64,000 nt of DNA from Promethearchaeota archaeon (GCA_030603385.1 JAUVXW010000023.1:1-64000), one strand, 5' to 3'; counted from the first letter of the stretch, positions 9,092 through 18,272 are shown. The notes: generated from the letters alone by a model not told the origin. Numbers and translations are program-made.

Positions 9092-9112
9092 ATTTTTTCA
9101 CCTTAAAATTCA

Positions 9113-9706
9113 TTAAATATATTCTAAATCTAATTTTTTGACGATACCAACTCCAAAGTTTTGTTTTAAAAAATAATAGGCTTCCGCACGTGAGATATAA
9201 TGATGTTTTGGAATCTTTGACCTTGCTTTTCTTCTAGATTTCACTCTCATTCCAGGTCTAGCTATTTTTCCACACACATCCAAACCCCATAACCCTATAC
9301 TTGCCTCATATTCTGTTTGAGGGATTTTAATATGTTCATCAATGCCAAACGCGAAATTACCATAATTATCAAAACTTTTTCTCAAAATTTTATTATTATT
9401 TACTATTAATAATCTTTTTAATAATCTTTCAGCTTCTTTACCTCGAATAGTAATCATACAGCCAATTGGACGCCCTATTCTAAGATTGAACTCTTTCACA
9501 TTAACTTTCGAAAGTGTTTTAACAGGTGTTCTCCCTGTTATTTGTTCCAATACAGTGACTGCTTTTTCTAATTCTTCTCCACCAGTGCCAACACCTATAT
9601 TCAGGACTATCTTTTCTAAAAATGGTTTTTTCATTGGATTTTTCCATTTTTCATCAAATTCTTTGGATTCGACGCTTGGAACTTTCTTTTTAGTCTTGGC
9701 TGACAT
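9113..9706 (-). CDS. rpl5p: 50S ribosomal protein uL5
   Basis: NPM.KP.LEKIVLNIGVG, IGCMITIRG, FD..GNFAFGIDEHI. Confidence 0.98.
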   Translation of the reverse strand: MSAKTKKKVPSVESKEFDEKWKNPMKKPFLEKIVLNIGVGTGGEELEKAVTVLEQITGRTPVKTLSKVNVKEFNLRIGRPIGCMITIRGKEAERLLKRLLIVNNNKILRKSFDNYGNFAFGIDEHIKIPQTEYEASIGLWGLDVCGKIARPGMRVKSRRKARSKIPKHHYISRAEAYYFLKQNFGVGIVKKLDLEYI

Positions 9707-9728
9707 ATTTTTTTCCTCTTTAGGACTT

Positions 9729-10484
9729 TTAATTATCTATTTTAGGTAAATCAATTTCGGATTGATCTTCTCCAATTATAAATGTATAATCATATAGTGT
9801 TTTGGTATAACTTCCATTATGTTGAATAGAGACAGTACTTGCTTTTGGACCAAATCGCTTTAAAATATTATTAATTTTCCCTATTTGTCCGATATTCTTT
9901 CCAGACATAATAATTGCTAAATTATTTTCCTTAAAATTCAAAACTTTCATTATTTCCTGCTCTGGAACAGAAATTTTTAAAACATCCATAACCTTATAAA
10001 CATCTTCTTTTGGACTCCTTGGATCATTAACCCTGATCAAAATATTTCTTCCATCATGTAAATTTAATTGAATATGACCACCCTTTATATTAGTTTTGTT
10101 GGTTATCCGACACAATTTAAATGTACTTTCTTTTTCATTTATTTCGTGCAAGATTAAGCCATAATGGGAATCTGGTAATATTCGATAATGTTTATTCATT
10201 TTTTCTATTGAAAGAACATCCATCAATCCTATAGGAAATGATTTATCTCTAACTACTTTTCCATCGACTTTAAAATAACCTAATCCGATTAACTTTTTTG
10301 CTTCCCTATGATTATCTACTATTTCTAACAAATCTCTTACGATATGTAGGAGTGGTAGACAAAACCTGCTGGGATGAGGACCAGGAGAAGATTTGATGAA
10401 AAACTTTCCATGTTTCCTTTTAATTTGTAAAAAAGCAGGTGTGTTGAGTCTTTTAAGAGTTTTTTGGCCTCCATGTCTAGTCAT
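9729..10484 (-). CDS. rps4e: 30S ribosomal protein eS4
   Basis: LKRL..P, PGPH, VDGKV..D..FPIGLMDV, QLNLHDGRN. Confidence 0.98.
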   Translation of the reverse strand: MTRHGGQKTLKRLNTPAFLQIKRKHGKFFIKSSPGPHPSRFCLPLLHIVRDLLEIVDNHREAKKLIGLGYFKVDGKVVRDKSFPIGLMDVLSIEKMNKHYRILPDSHYGLILHEINEKESTFKLCRITNKTNIKGGHIQLNLHDGRNILIRVNDPRSPKEDVYKVMDVLKISVPEQEIMKVLNFKENNLAIIMSGKNIGQIGKINNILKRFGPKASTVSIQHNGSYTKTLYDYTFIIGEDQSEIDLPKIDN

Positions 10485-10911
10485 ATTTTTCCTCCTCTTT
10501 TTCTTTCTTTGGTGCTACTAAACCTTCGTCATAAAAACCGTACAAAGCTTTTCTTTCTATCATTTGTGCCCGCCAAGGATCTAATTTTTTTTCCTTCGCA
10601 AACTTAGTAATGATTAAATTTGATACATGAATTGCAGGGTGGTATTGTGTCCCATCTGATTTTTCAAATTGGGCTTCCTTTATCTTACATCTTAAATTTT
10701 TTGTGATCTCCAAAACTTCGCCTTCGAAGTCTTTGAACTCACCGCTTGTGATTCTGACGCTGTCCCCTACTCTAACAGGGAGCTTCTTTATCCCATATTC
10801 GTCTCGAAGAAAATCGGCTACCCTAGTGCTGAACAATTTGGATCGTTCGTGATTTTTATAATTGTGAAGAGCTTTTCTTTGCTTCCGTGGTTGCTTTGAT
10901 TTTACTTTCAT
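10477..10911 (-). CDS. rpl24p: 50S ribosomal protein uL24
   Basis: SKQPRKQRK, LPVRVGDSV KOW motif, IHVSNL. Confidence 0.98.
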   Translation of the reverse strand: MKVKSKQPRKQRKALHNYKNHERSKLFSTRVADFLRDEYGIKKLPVRVGDSVRITSGEFKDFEGEVLEITKNLRCKIKEAQFEKSDGTQYHPAIHVSNLIITKFAKEKKLDPWRAQMIERKALYGFYDEGLVAPKKEKEEEKYD

Positions 10912-10934
10912 CTTCTACTCCTTTTCTCTTATTT

Positions 10935-11360
10935 TTAAATTATTAACGATGAAATTGATGCTAGCCGTGGGAATAATTCAGCGGCCTCTCGAGCGATCGG
11001 ACCCCTGATCTCTGTTCCTTTAGGATCTCCTTCTTTCGTCACTATAACTCCTGCATTATCTTCAAAACATAATCGTGTGCCATCTGGTCGGCGAAAAATT
11101 CTTTTTTGCCTAACAATAACGGCTTTTGCTATATTTCCTCGTAATTCAGGTCTTCCTTTTTTTATTGAGACAGTACATATACTACCTACTGTGGCTTTGG
11201 GCAATCTCCGTAGTCTTCCTTTATAATGATCTACATTGATAATTTGGGCTATTTTAGCTCCAGAATTATCTGCAATTTGGATTCTCGATCCATTACATAA
11301 CCCATAACTCGTTCTGGGTTTTGCCATCCGTTTTGCGCCCATCTTTCGTCTTGTACCCAT
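10935..11360 (-). CDS. rpl14p: 50S ribosomal protein uL14
   Basis: ADNSGAK, KKGRPELR, RRPDG...FEDNA, KGTEIRGP. Confidence 0.98.
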   Translation of the reverse strand: MGTRRKMGAKRMAKPRTSYGLCNGSRIQIADNSGAKIAQIINVDHYKGRLRRLPKATVGSICTVSIKKGRPELRGNIAKAVIVRQKRIFRRPDGTRLCFEDNAGVIVTKEGDPKGTEIRGPIAREAAELFPRLASISSLII

Positions 11361-11714
11361 TTAGATCCCTCCACTTGAGATTTTATTTAATACTATAAAC
11401 GCTTTTGTTTTTGAAATTTTACGAGATTCTCCAACCCGTACAAGGTCTCCAATCTCAATCTCCTGAGATAAACATTCAGGTAAATGACATGCGAGTCGTG
11501 TATTACGACGCTCATATCTTTGATATTTTTTAACAAATTGAACATAATCTCTTCTAATAATAACTGTATTCTTTGATTTCTTACTTACAACAATACCTTG
11601 GGTAATTTTGCCTCTAATTCTTGTGTCCCCATGAAAGGGACATGATTCATCATTGCAATCTTCAGCTTTAGCCTTAGGGGGAATTACACCAGGTATTCCA
11701 ATATTTCTACTCAT
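11361..11714 (-). CDS. rps17p: 30S ribosomal protein uS17
   Basis: RNIGI, CND..CPFHG, KY.RYERR, RKISKTK.F. Confidence 0.98.
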   Translation of the reverse strand: MSRNIGIPGVIPPKAKAEDCNDESCPFHGDTRIRGKITQGIVVSKKSKNTVIIRRDYVQFVKKYQRYERRNTRLACHLPECLSQEIEIGDLVRVGESRKISKTKAFIVLNKISSGGI

Positions 11715-12025
11715 TTTTTAAACCATCTCTTCTTTTTTAAACTTCTTAATCTATTCACCGGAAGACCAACGACTTCACTTCCTTGAACTTCCAGAAGATA
11801 ATCCTCTCCATCATTCTTGTAATTTGTTAATTTAAACCTAAATACATAATCTTTTTTAATATATTTTTTAACTTTATTTTCTTTTTCTGTAATGAGCATA
11901 TTTCTTGTATCGTCGATCACAACTCCTATATCCAAAAACTCTGTATCATTTTTTTTTGATTTAAGCTTCGCATAAGCTTTTATTCCTATTAAGTCATGAT
12001 AAATTAAATATTTTGGATTAATCAC
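11711..12025 (-). CDS. rnp1: RNase P protein component Rpp29/P1
   Basis: HDLIG, G.VIDDTRNML, G....G.P..RL; conserved operon position. Confidence 0.9.
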   Translation of the reverse strand: MINPKYLIYHDLIGIKAYAKLKSKKNDTEFLDIGVVIDDTRNMLITEKENKVKKYIKKDYVFRFKLTNYKNDGEDYLLEVQGSEVVGLPVNRLRSLKKKRWFKK

Positions 12026-12225
12026 TATCTTTCCTCATTGTATACAGTTAATATTCTAGCAATTTGCTTTCTTAAGATCTTAGCCTTACCAGGATTGTCA
12101 GAAAGGCCTCCTCCTGTTTGGTTTGAATATAACATCATTAATTCTTCTCTTAAATTCAATAAAGCTCTCTCTTTTTCTCTTTCATCCATTTCTCGTATTT
12201 TATTAGCAGTTAATATATCTCCCAT
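12025..12225 (-). CDS. rpl29p: 50S ribosomal protein uL29
   Basis: IREM...ER...L..LREEL, NPG...LRKQIARILT. Confidence 0.96.
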   Translation of the reverse strand: MGDILTANKIREMDEREKERALLNLREELMMLYSNQTGGGLSDNPGKAKILRKQIARILTVYNEER

Positions 12226-12256
12226 TCCATATCACATCTTTTATTTCATACTGATT

Positions 12257-13054
12257 CTATTTTTCGTCTTTTTCGTCTTTTTTTTCTGCCTCTTCTTCTT
12301 CTGGAGCTAATGAAATCTCAGATATAGCCTCCTCGTCTACTTCATCAATTATTTTTTCATCTTCTTTGGCTAATCCAGATGCTTCTTCCTCAATAATATG
12401 TTCAACTTTTGTTTTGGCTAATTTTGATTCTGCCTCTGCTTGAGCTTTAGTTAAAAGATCATATTTTATCTTAACTTCATCACCCATCTTTGTATCAACA
12501 TGCTGAATTTTTACGACTATCCCTAAAGTTCCAGATTTTTGAACACACTGTGCTACACCCTTATCGACTCCTTCTTGTGATTGATATCCACTTTTTGTCA
12601 TTGTTCCAGCTCGAAATATTTGCGTTCTGGCCCTTTGACTCGTAACCTTACCCGAGACCCGGATTTCAGCGCCAAGAGCACCTCCAGAATCCATGATTTT
12701 TCTAAGGATATAATAACCCGCTCTTCTATAATGACGACCTCTATCTAAACTGTATGCTAAGCGTTCTGCCATGATTTGTGCATTCAAATCAGGATTCGGA
12801 ACCTCCTCGACCTCTATTTGTGGCATTTCTAAGTCAAATCGATCCTGGAGTATATCTGTAATTTCTTGGATGCGTTTTCCCCCTTTTCCAATTACTAGAC
12901 CAGGTCTACTTGTTCTTAAAGTAATACGTACCCCAAGCGGAGTTTTTTGAACATCAACGCCTGCAAAACCTGCTCGAACTAATTCTGATCGCAAATATTC
13001 ATTTATTTGCATCAATTTTATACCCTGCTCAATAAAATTCTTCACTAGGGGCAA
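12257..13054 (-). CDS. rps3p: 30S ribosomal protein uS3 with acidic C-terminal tail
   Basis: RAGFAGV, RPGLVIGKGG KH motif, GAEIRVSGK...RA; TTG start after GGTGA. Confidence 0.98.
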   Translation of the reverse strand: MPLVKNFIEQGIKLMQINEYLRSELVRAGFAGVDVQKTPLGVRITLRTSRPGLVIGKGGKRIQEITDILQDRFDLEMPQIEVEEVPNPDLNAQIMAERLAYSLDRGRHYRRAGYYILRKIMDSGGALGAEIRVSGKVTSQRARTQIFRAGTMTKSGYQSQEGVDKGVAQCVQKSGTLGIVVKIQHVDTKMGDEVKIKYDLLTKAQAEAESKLAKTKVEHIIEEEASGLAKEDEKIIDEVDEEAISEISLAPEEEEAEKKDEKDEK

Positions 13055-13134
13055 TCAAATCACCATGTAAATGCGTTTCCTCGCAGTTTTATTTATCTTC
13101 ATAATTTTATCTTTATATTTTTATATTTATTTAC

Positions 13135-13614
13135 CTAACTTGGAAATTCATAAATTACAATCTCTATATGGGTAAGAGTTTTAAATTTAGGCGTACTACG
13201 ACCACGAGCGCGTTCAATATATCTTTTTATAATCCTTCCCCTATGCGCGGCGGCATGAATAATTCTACACATTTCAATATCTAAACCTTTATATTCTCCA
13301 TTTGCTTCGACAGAAGAAAGAATTTCATAAATTCTAGCAGCTGCTTTTTGGGGAAACTTTCCAGCATACCACTTATATTGTTTTAAATCTTTCCGATGAG
13401 GAGCCTTTTTCTTATATCGTCTGAAAGGAACTGATTGTTTTAGTTGAATAACGTCTTCAAGAAACTCTTTAGCTCGTTCAACTTTCATCCCCTTTATTAC
13501 AGCACAGATTTCTCTTGCATGTTTTGGTTTCATTCTTAAATCTCTACCTGATGCTTTTGCCAGTCTTTCAGAATCATATTTTTGTTCTATGAATGAATAA
13601 CCCCAGTTAGGCAT
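13135..13614 (-). CDS. rpl22p: 50S ribosomal protein uL22
   Basis: KHAREIC..IKGM, VPFRRY, GKFPQKAA, RARGR. Confidence 0.98.
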   Translation of the reverse strand: MPNWGYSFIEQKYDSERLAKASGRDLRMKPKHAREICAVIKGMKVERAKEFLEDVIQLKQSVPFRRYKKKAPHRKDLKQYKWYAGKFPQKAAARIYEILSSVEANGEYKGLDIEMCRIIHAAAHRGRIIKRYIERARGRSTPKFKTLTHIEIVIYEFPS

Positions 13615-13647
13615 AATTTTTCATCTCATTAATTTTATTATTATAAT

Positions 13648-14175
13648 TTACTTTAATGGTACATATTTTGAACTTCTTGTGGCTCCAATCCCAGGGGATC
13701 CATGCTGTACTCGCTTTCGAGTTAATGAAAATTCCCCAAGATAATGACCGATCATTTCTGGTTTAATATCAACTATCTCAAATATTTTTCCGTTATAAAT
13801 ACCAATTTTTAGCCCTACCATTTCTGGGAAAATAATCATATCTCTTACGTGTGTTCGAGTTAATAGATCTTTTCCACGTTTTTTAGCACGGTAAGCCCTT
13901 CTAAGCCTTTCAAGTAATTTTTTTTGCCTAGGAGGGAGCCCTCGCTTTAAGGATCGTCTTGGTCTAGCTGGTAATAATTGTATGAATTGATCCATATTCA
14001 TTTTCTTGAGTTCTTCTAATGTATATCCTCTGTAATGAAATCTTAATCTATCCAGCTCTTTTTCTGCATCTAATTCATCTTCATCTTTTTCGACTTCCTC
14101 AATAATTTCCTCAGAAGGTTCTTCCTTTTCTAATTCTTCTTCCAATTCTTCCTTGGTATCTTCATCCGGAGCCAT
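13648..14175 (-). CDS. rps19p: 30S ribosomal protein uS19 with long acidic N-terminal extension
   Basis: [43 protein letters not shown]. Confidence 0.98.
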   Translation of the reverse strand: MAPDEDTKEELEEELEKEEPSEEIIEEVEKDEDELDAEKELDRLRFHYRGYTLEELKKMNMDQFIQLLPARPRRSLKRGLPPRQKKLLERLRRAYRAKKRGKDLLTRTHVRDMIIFPEMVGLKIGIYNGKIFEIVDIKPEMIGHYLGEFSLTRKRVQHGSPGIGATRSSKYVPLK

Positions 14176-14394
14176 TTTTTAACCAATCTGCTTAATTCTT
14201 TAACATTATTCAGTTATTTTTTTCTGATATAACTTCATACGGTAAGGTTTTTAGTGTTGCTTTTAATTTTAACTTTTAGGTTAAGTCGGTGAAAATCATA
14301 AAACTTATAAGTTTTAGATGTAGTTTTGAAGAGAATCCTAGATTCTCAATTCCTTTCAAGATTCTTGATATATTTTCTCACAATACAAAATGCA

Positions 14395-15081
14395 TTAATA
14401 GTATTGATTTGGATTAAAAATACGTTTTATATCATTTTCATCAAATTTACCGTTCCATCTTTCTTTAATTATTATATATTTATTTACTTCCTTATTGGGG
14501 TTGATAACAGAATGGTATGTATTTATTTGGTTTTGAAATTTTGTACCATTTTCAACATAATAATAAACTTTATTTCCATTAATGATTATTGGCTTACCAT
14601 CCAAGATTTCCCAAAATTCATTTCTATTTTTATGGATTTGAATTGATAAACCAAATTCTGGTCTAACAAAAATCAAATTATACTCAGAATAAGTAAATTT
14701 GAAGCTATACCACTTGGGAAGTGTGTCAATATAGTCTTTAGGAACATCGTATTTTTCTATAAATTGTTCAGGTTTTAAATTGATTTTCTCTGAAGTTTCG
14801 TATGTATAAGGATTATAAATAATCTGATGATGTAAAATGTCATTACTGTAATTAATTTCAATAGGTTCTTTTCCTCTATTAATTATCATGTAATAATCAT
14901 TAGGTTTTATTAGTAGATCATTTTTTTTGATTGCTTCTGTTTTAAAAGAGTTTCTATTTATGATGAAAATATCTTCAAGGTTACTAGGATTTATGGTAAT
15001 CAATAATTCTTTTGAATTATTCTTTCTCAGTGACGTGCTTCTTTCAGAAAAAATGATCTCTTTCTTCAAATTAAGTTCCAC
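14395..15081 (-). CDS. Cupin-domain protein (type II mannose-6-P isomerase C-terminal-like)
   Basis: LSIQIHKNRNEFWEILDG matches the LSLQxHxxRxEHW cupin motif; downstream H in YHSVIN. Confidence 0.65.
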   Translation of the reverse strand: MELNLKKEIIFSERSTSLRKNNSKELLITINPSNLEDIFIINRNSFKTEAIKKNDLLIKPNDYYMIINRGKEPIEINYSNDILHHQIIYNPYTYETSEKINLKPEQFIEKYDVPKDYIDTLPKWYSFKFTYSEYNLIFVRPEFGLSIQIHKNRNEFWEILDGKPIIINGNKVYYYVENGTKFQNQINTYHSVINPNKEVNKYIIIKERWNGKFDENDIKRIFNPNQYY

Positions 15082-15083
15082 CC

Positions 15084-16052
15084 CTATTCTATCTTAATAT
15101 TTAATTCTTTCAATTTCTCTTCAATTTCATTTAAATAAGGCATTGAATCTTGAGCACCCTTCCTAGTAACTGCTATAGAAGCAGCAATCGTTGCATACTT
15201 CACGGCATTTATTATTGTATCACCTTGACTGAGTTTGCTAGCCAGGACTCCAATAAAGCAATCTCCAGCGCCAACTGTATCTACGGCATTTACTTTAGGA
15301 GTCGCTATATCAATAAACTTATCTTCAGCACCTATATAAATTAAAGACCCTCTATTCCCTAAAGTGGTTATTACATATTTTATACCTAATTTAACAATCT
15401 CTCTTGAAGCTTGTATGATTTTAAGTTTCCCTTCACCGGTTAACTCACGTAGATTTAAGAGTGAATGCAACCTATATAGCTCTCCTTCGTTAGGGACAAT
15501 AATATCAATTTTTTCCAAAATTTCAAGAGGAATTTGCTTCAATGGAGCAGGATTTAAAATTTTTATAACATCTCCTTCTGAAGCAATTTTGAATACTTCC
15601 TCAATTGTCTCAATTGGTATCTCCATCTGAACAACTAACGAACTAGCATTTTTGATAACATCTGCTTTAGCTTTTATTTCCTCTACAGATAATTTAAGAT
15701 TTGCTCCAGGGGCTACACTAATCATGTTTTCCCCTTTATTATCGATCAATATAAAGGCTACACCACTTGCTTCTTCTGTATCTCTGATTATATGACTCAT
15801 ATCTATGACATCTTCAGCTAACTGAGAAATCATTTGATTTCCAAAAGAATCCATACCAATTTTTCCAATGAAAACAGTATTTGCTCCCGATCTAACTGCT
15901 GCTACAGCCTGGTTAGCACCTTTGCCACCTAGAAATTGTTTAAAGATCCCACCAGTGACAGTTTCTCCCGGATTTGGAAAACGCTCAGAATAGATATTTA
16001 AATCCATATTACTAGAACCAATAATTAAAACATAATTAAGCGTTTTACTCAT
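15084..16052 (-). CDS. rbsK: Ribokinase (PfkB family)
   Basis: GSSNMD, GGKGANQAVA, QMEIP, LNPAP, PNEGE, DTVGAGD. Confidence 0.93.
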   Translation of the reverse strand: MSKTLNYVLIIGSSNMDLNIYSERFPNPGETVTGGIFKQFLGGKGANQAVAAVRSGANTVFIGKIGMDSFGNQMISQLAEDVIDMSHIIRDTEEASGVAFILIDNKGENMISVAPGANLKLSVEEIKAKADVIKNASSLVVQMEIPIETIEEVFKIASEGDVIKILNPAPLKQIPLEILEKIDIIVPNEGELYRLHSLLNLRELTGEGKLKIIQASREIVKLGIKYVITTLGNRGSLIYIGAEDKFIDIATPKVNAVDTVGAGDCFIGVLASKLSQGDTIINAVKYATIAASIAVTRKGAQDSMPYLNEIEEKLKELNIKIE

Positions 16053-16183
16053 ACTATAAACACAGTATATAGATATAATTATGATTTTTATTATTTTTTA
16101 AATAATATATTTTATTTTTAATAAAATAGTCTTAAGTTTTTATGTCATATTATCTAAAAAAGGGATTTCTTAAAAAAAAGTAA
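16047..16183 (+). repeat. 137-bp direct repeat, copy 1 (includes rbsK start codon and upstream region)
   Basis: Matches 17783-17919 at 135/137 positions. Confidence 0.95.
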
Positions 16184-16293
16184 TTAATTCTTGCTAAAAA
16201 ACAAATACCCCATTAAGATTTAAATTTAGGAATAATCTTATCTAATTAACTAAGACAATTTCTTTTTCATAAAATAGCAAAACAAATGGAAGA

Positions 16294-17781
16294 ATGGAAG
16301 AATTCAAGGTTAATGAATATATCTCACTCAGGTTGAAAGGAAAAGAGACCTTCATTTACATACAGGGAGAGAAGTTTATCCAATGTAAATACTTACTATT
16401 AAATATCCCAGTAGAAGAGGTTAGCTCTCTCGATGAAATTAATTCGATTGATGAGGCTGCAGATTTATTAGATAACTCCTTAGAGCCTGAACCACAGATA
16501 GGACTAAGACGTAATGACAAAATACCTCCCGATACCGAATTTTGGGGGCATTGTTCAAACTTACAAGTCTGGACAGAAATGGATTATGACACAAAGCTCC
16601 TACATAGAAATATCGCCTTCCCGTTGCTAAAAAAACTAACGGATGTAGGTGATCCATTAGCAAAGAAAGTATTTAAAGAAGAAATTGCTAAGAGAATTGA
16701 TAGTCGATTTAACCCAACTATTACATTCTTAGTGGAAGAAGGTTATTTAGATTATCTATCAAGTGATTATTTGGAAGATATTGTGTATAAAGGTTATTTG
16801 AAATTTATTTTTGAACCCCTAGTTGAAAAAATAAATACCATTATAGAAAATGAAGACTCTACAGCAGTCTCCTACCTAATCGGTTACAAATACTTGAAAT
16901 ACTTAAATAGCAAAGTCTTAGTTCATCTCTTTGAAAATCCAAAAATTAACTTCCTTGATAAAATAATTTTTGAAATGGATGATGACCCATTGGGAATTGG
17001 AGAATGGGGTTATTCGTTTTTTGACAAGATTGGAGATACAATATCTCACGCAGTAAGAGAAAAGTTAATGAATCTTATAGAGGAGAAAGACTTAAAGATG
17101 TTTATTAAGATTATAGAAGCGTCACTATTGAATAATCTAAAAAAAAAGGATCTCTTATTTTTAATTAAAAATCCAAAAATAGACTTATTAGAAACAATCT
17201 TAAAGACATTAAGATCAACAGATATAGACTCTGCGTTTTATTATGGCCAAAAAATATTCTCAAAAAAGAATATAAAATATGCTAAACAATCCATAAATGA
17301 AAAAATATTAGAGATAATAAAGCATAATAATCTAAATGAACTCTGCCAAATAATTGGGCTTGGCTTATTAACGCTATTAGATGACTACGATTTTGAATTA
17401 ATTTTAAGAGATCCAAATATAAAAATTCTTGAAAATTATATTAAAGTATTTGAACTTCAAGAATCATATAGTGCTGAATTATCTAAATATGAAATCAAAG
17501 CAGAATACTATCCGAATGAATTTTTCAGCCAGATCTTAAAAAAGTTTCCTATTTTATTCAAGAAAAAATTCAATGAGATTCTGGACACATGCAATACAAC
17601 AGACTTAACAACTATAATTGATTATGAATTGCTGGATTTAATAACTAAAAGAGAATTAAAACATTTTTTAAAGCTTACAAAAACTAATTTTTTAGAAAAG
17701 TTCGAAAACGCTTTGAAAGAAATAGAAAAAATAGAAAATATGAAACTCGAAAAATATCACTGGATATTAAATAAAACTTAG
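16294..17781 (+). CDS. Lokiarchaeal-type conserved N-terminal domain fused to four helical repeats
   Basis: EFKVNEYISLRL...FIQCKYLLLNIP...EFWGHCSNLQVW...LLHRNIAFPLLKKL..GDP.AK.VFKEEI; recalled as an expanded Lokiarchaeia family often fused to LRRs; repeats ending NPKINFLD/NPKIDLLE/DPNIKILE/TKTNFLE. Confidence 0.75.
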   Translation: MEEFKVNEYISLRLKGKETFIYIQGEKFIQCKYLLLNIPVEEVSSLDEINSIDEAADLLDNSLEPEPQIGLRRNDKIPPDTEFWGHCSNLQVWTEMDYDTKLLHRNIAFPLLKKLTDVGDPLAKKVFKEEIAKRIDSRFNPTITFLVEEGYLDYLSSDYLEDIVYKGYLKFIFEPLVEKINTIIENEDSTAVSYLIGYKYLKYLNSKVLVHLFENPKINFLDKIIFEMDDDPLGIGEWGYSFFDKIGDTISHAVREKLMNLIEEKDLKMFIKIIEASLLNNLKKKDLLFLIKNPKIDLLETILKTLRSTDIDSAFYYGQKIFSKKNIKYAKQSINEKILEIIKHNNLNELCQIIGLGLLTLLDDYDFELILRDPNIKILENYIKVFELQESYSAELSKYEIKAEYYPNEFFSQILKKFPILFKKKFNEILDTCNTTDLTTIIDYELLDLITKRELKHFLKLTKTNFLEKFENALKEIEKIENMKLEKYHWILNKT

Positions 17782-17782
17782 A

Positions 17783-17919
17783 ACTCATATTATAAACACA
17801 GTATATAGATATAATTATGATTTTTATTATTTTTTAAATAATATATTTTATTTTTAATAAAATAGTCTTAAGTTTTTATGTCATATTATCTAAAAAAGGG
17901 ATTTCTTAAAAAATAGTAA
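17783..17919 (+). repeat. 137-bp direct repeat, copy 2
   Basis: Begins 2 nt after the stop codon of 16294-17781; 2 mismatches versus copy 1. Confidence 0.95.
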
Positions 17920-17948
17920 GAGAAAAATGAAAAAAATAAATATTTAGA

Positions 17949-18272
17949 TTATTCGGAACCTTCTTCCTCAGCTGCTAATTCCTGTTCTAATTCTTCTAAT
18001 GGAACTGGTGCAGGCGTGGTCAACATACTATAACCAATCCAAACAGCGATGATTGAAATGAGTACAACGAGCAGCCAAATTGGCAAAACTACAAAAAGTC
18101 TCCAATCAAGCCAATCGATATCAAATAGATTAGCCCAAGAATCCCACTCACCTGAAGATGGAGCCCAAATCGTGGTAAATAATAAATCTAATACAGATCC
18201 CATCGTATAAACTATTGCAATTAAAAGCCCGACAACAATAACAATAGCCCCTATCAATTTATCTTTTGCGAT
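17949..18272 (-). CDS. DPM2-like two-TM protein; probable ATC start
   Basis: (M)AKDKLIGAIVIVVGLLIAIVYT...FVVLPIWLLVVLISIIAVWIGYSML resembles DPM2 (DQVVG...YYT...AIP...ISYVML); SD GGAGTTGA 6 nt before ATC at 18272; ORF track starts at TTG 18257. Confidence 0.6.
   Translation of the reverse strand: MAKDKLIGAIVIVVGLLIAIVYTMGSVLDLLFTTIWAPSSGEWDSWANLFDIDWLDWRLFVVLPIWLLVVLISIIAVWIGYSMLTTPAPVPLEELEQELAAEEEGSE

Noticed and set aside
6477-15630. Plus-strand ORFs overlapping the r-protein, cupin and rbsK genes
   Set aside because: Antisense shadows of well-supported genes
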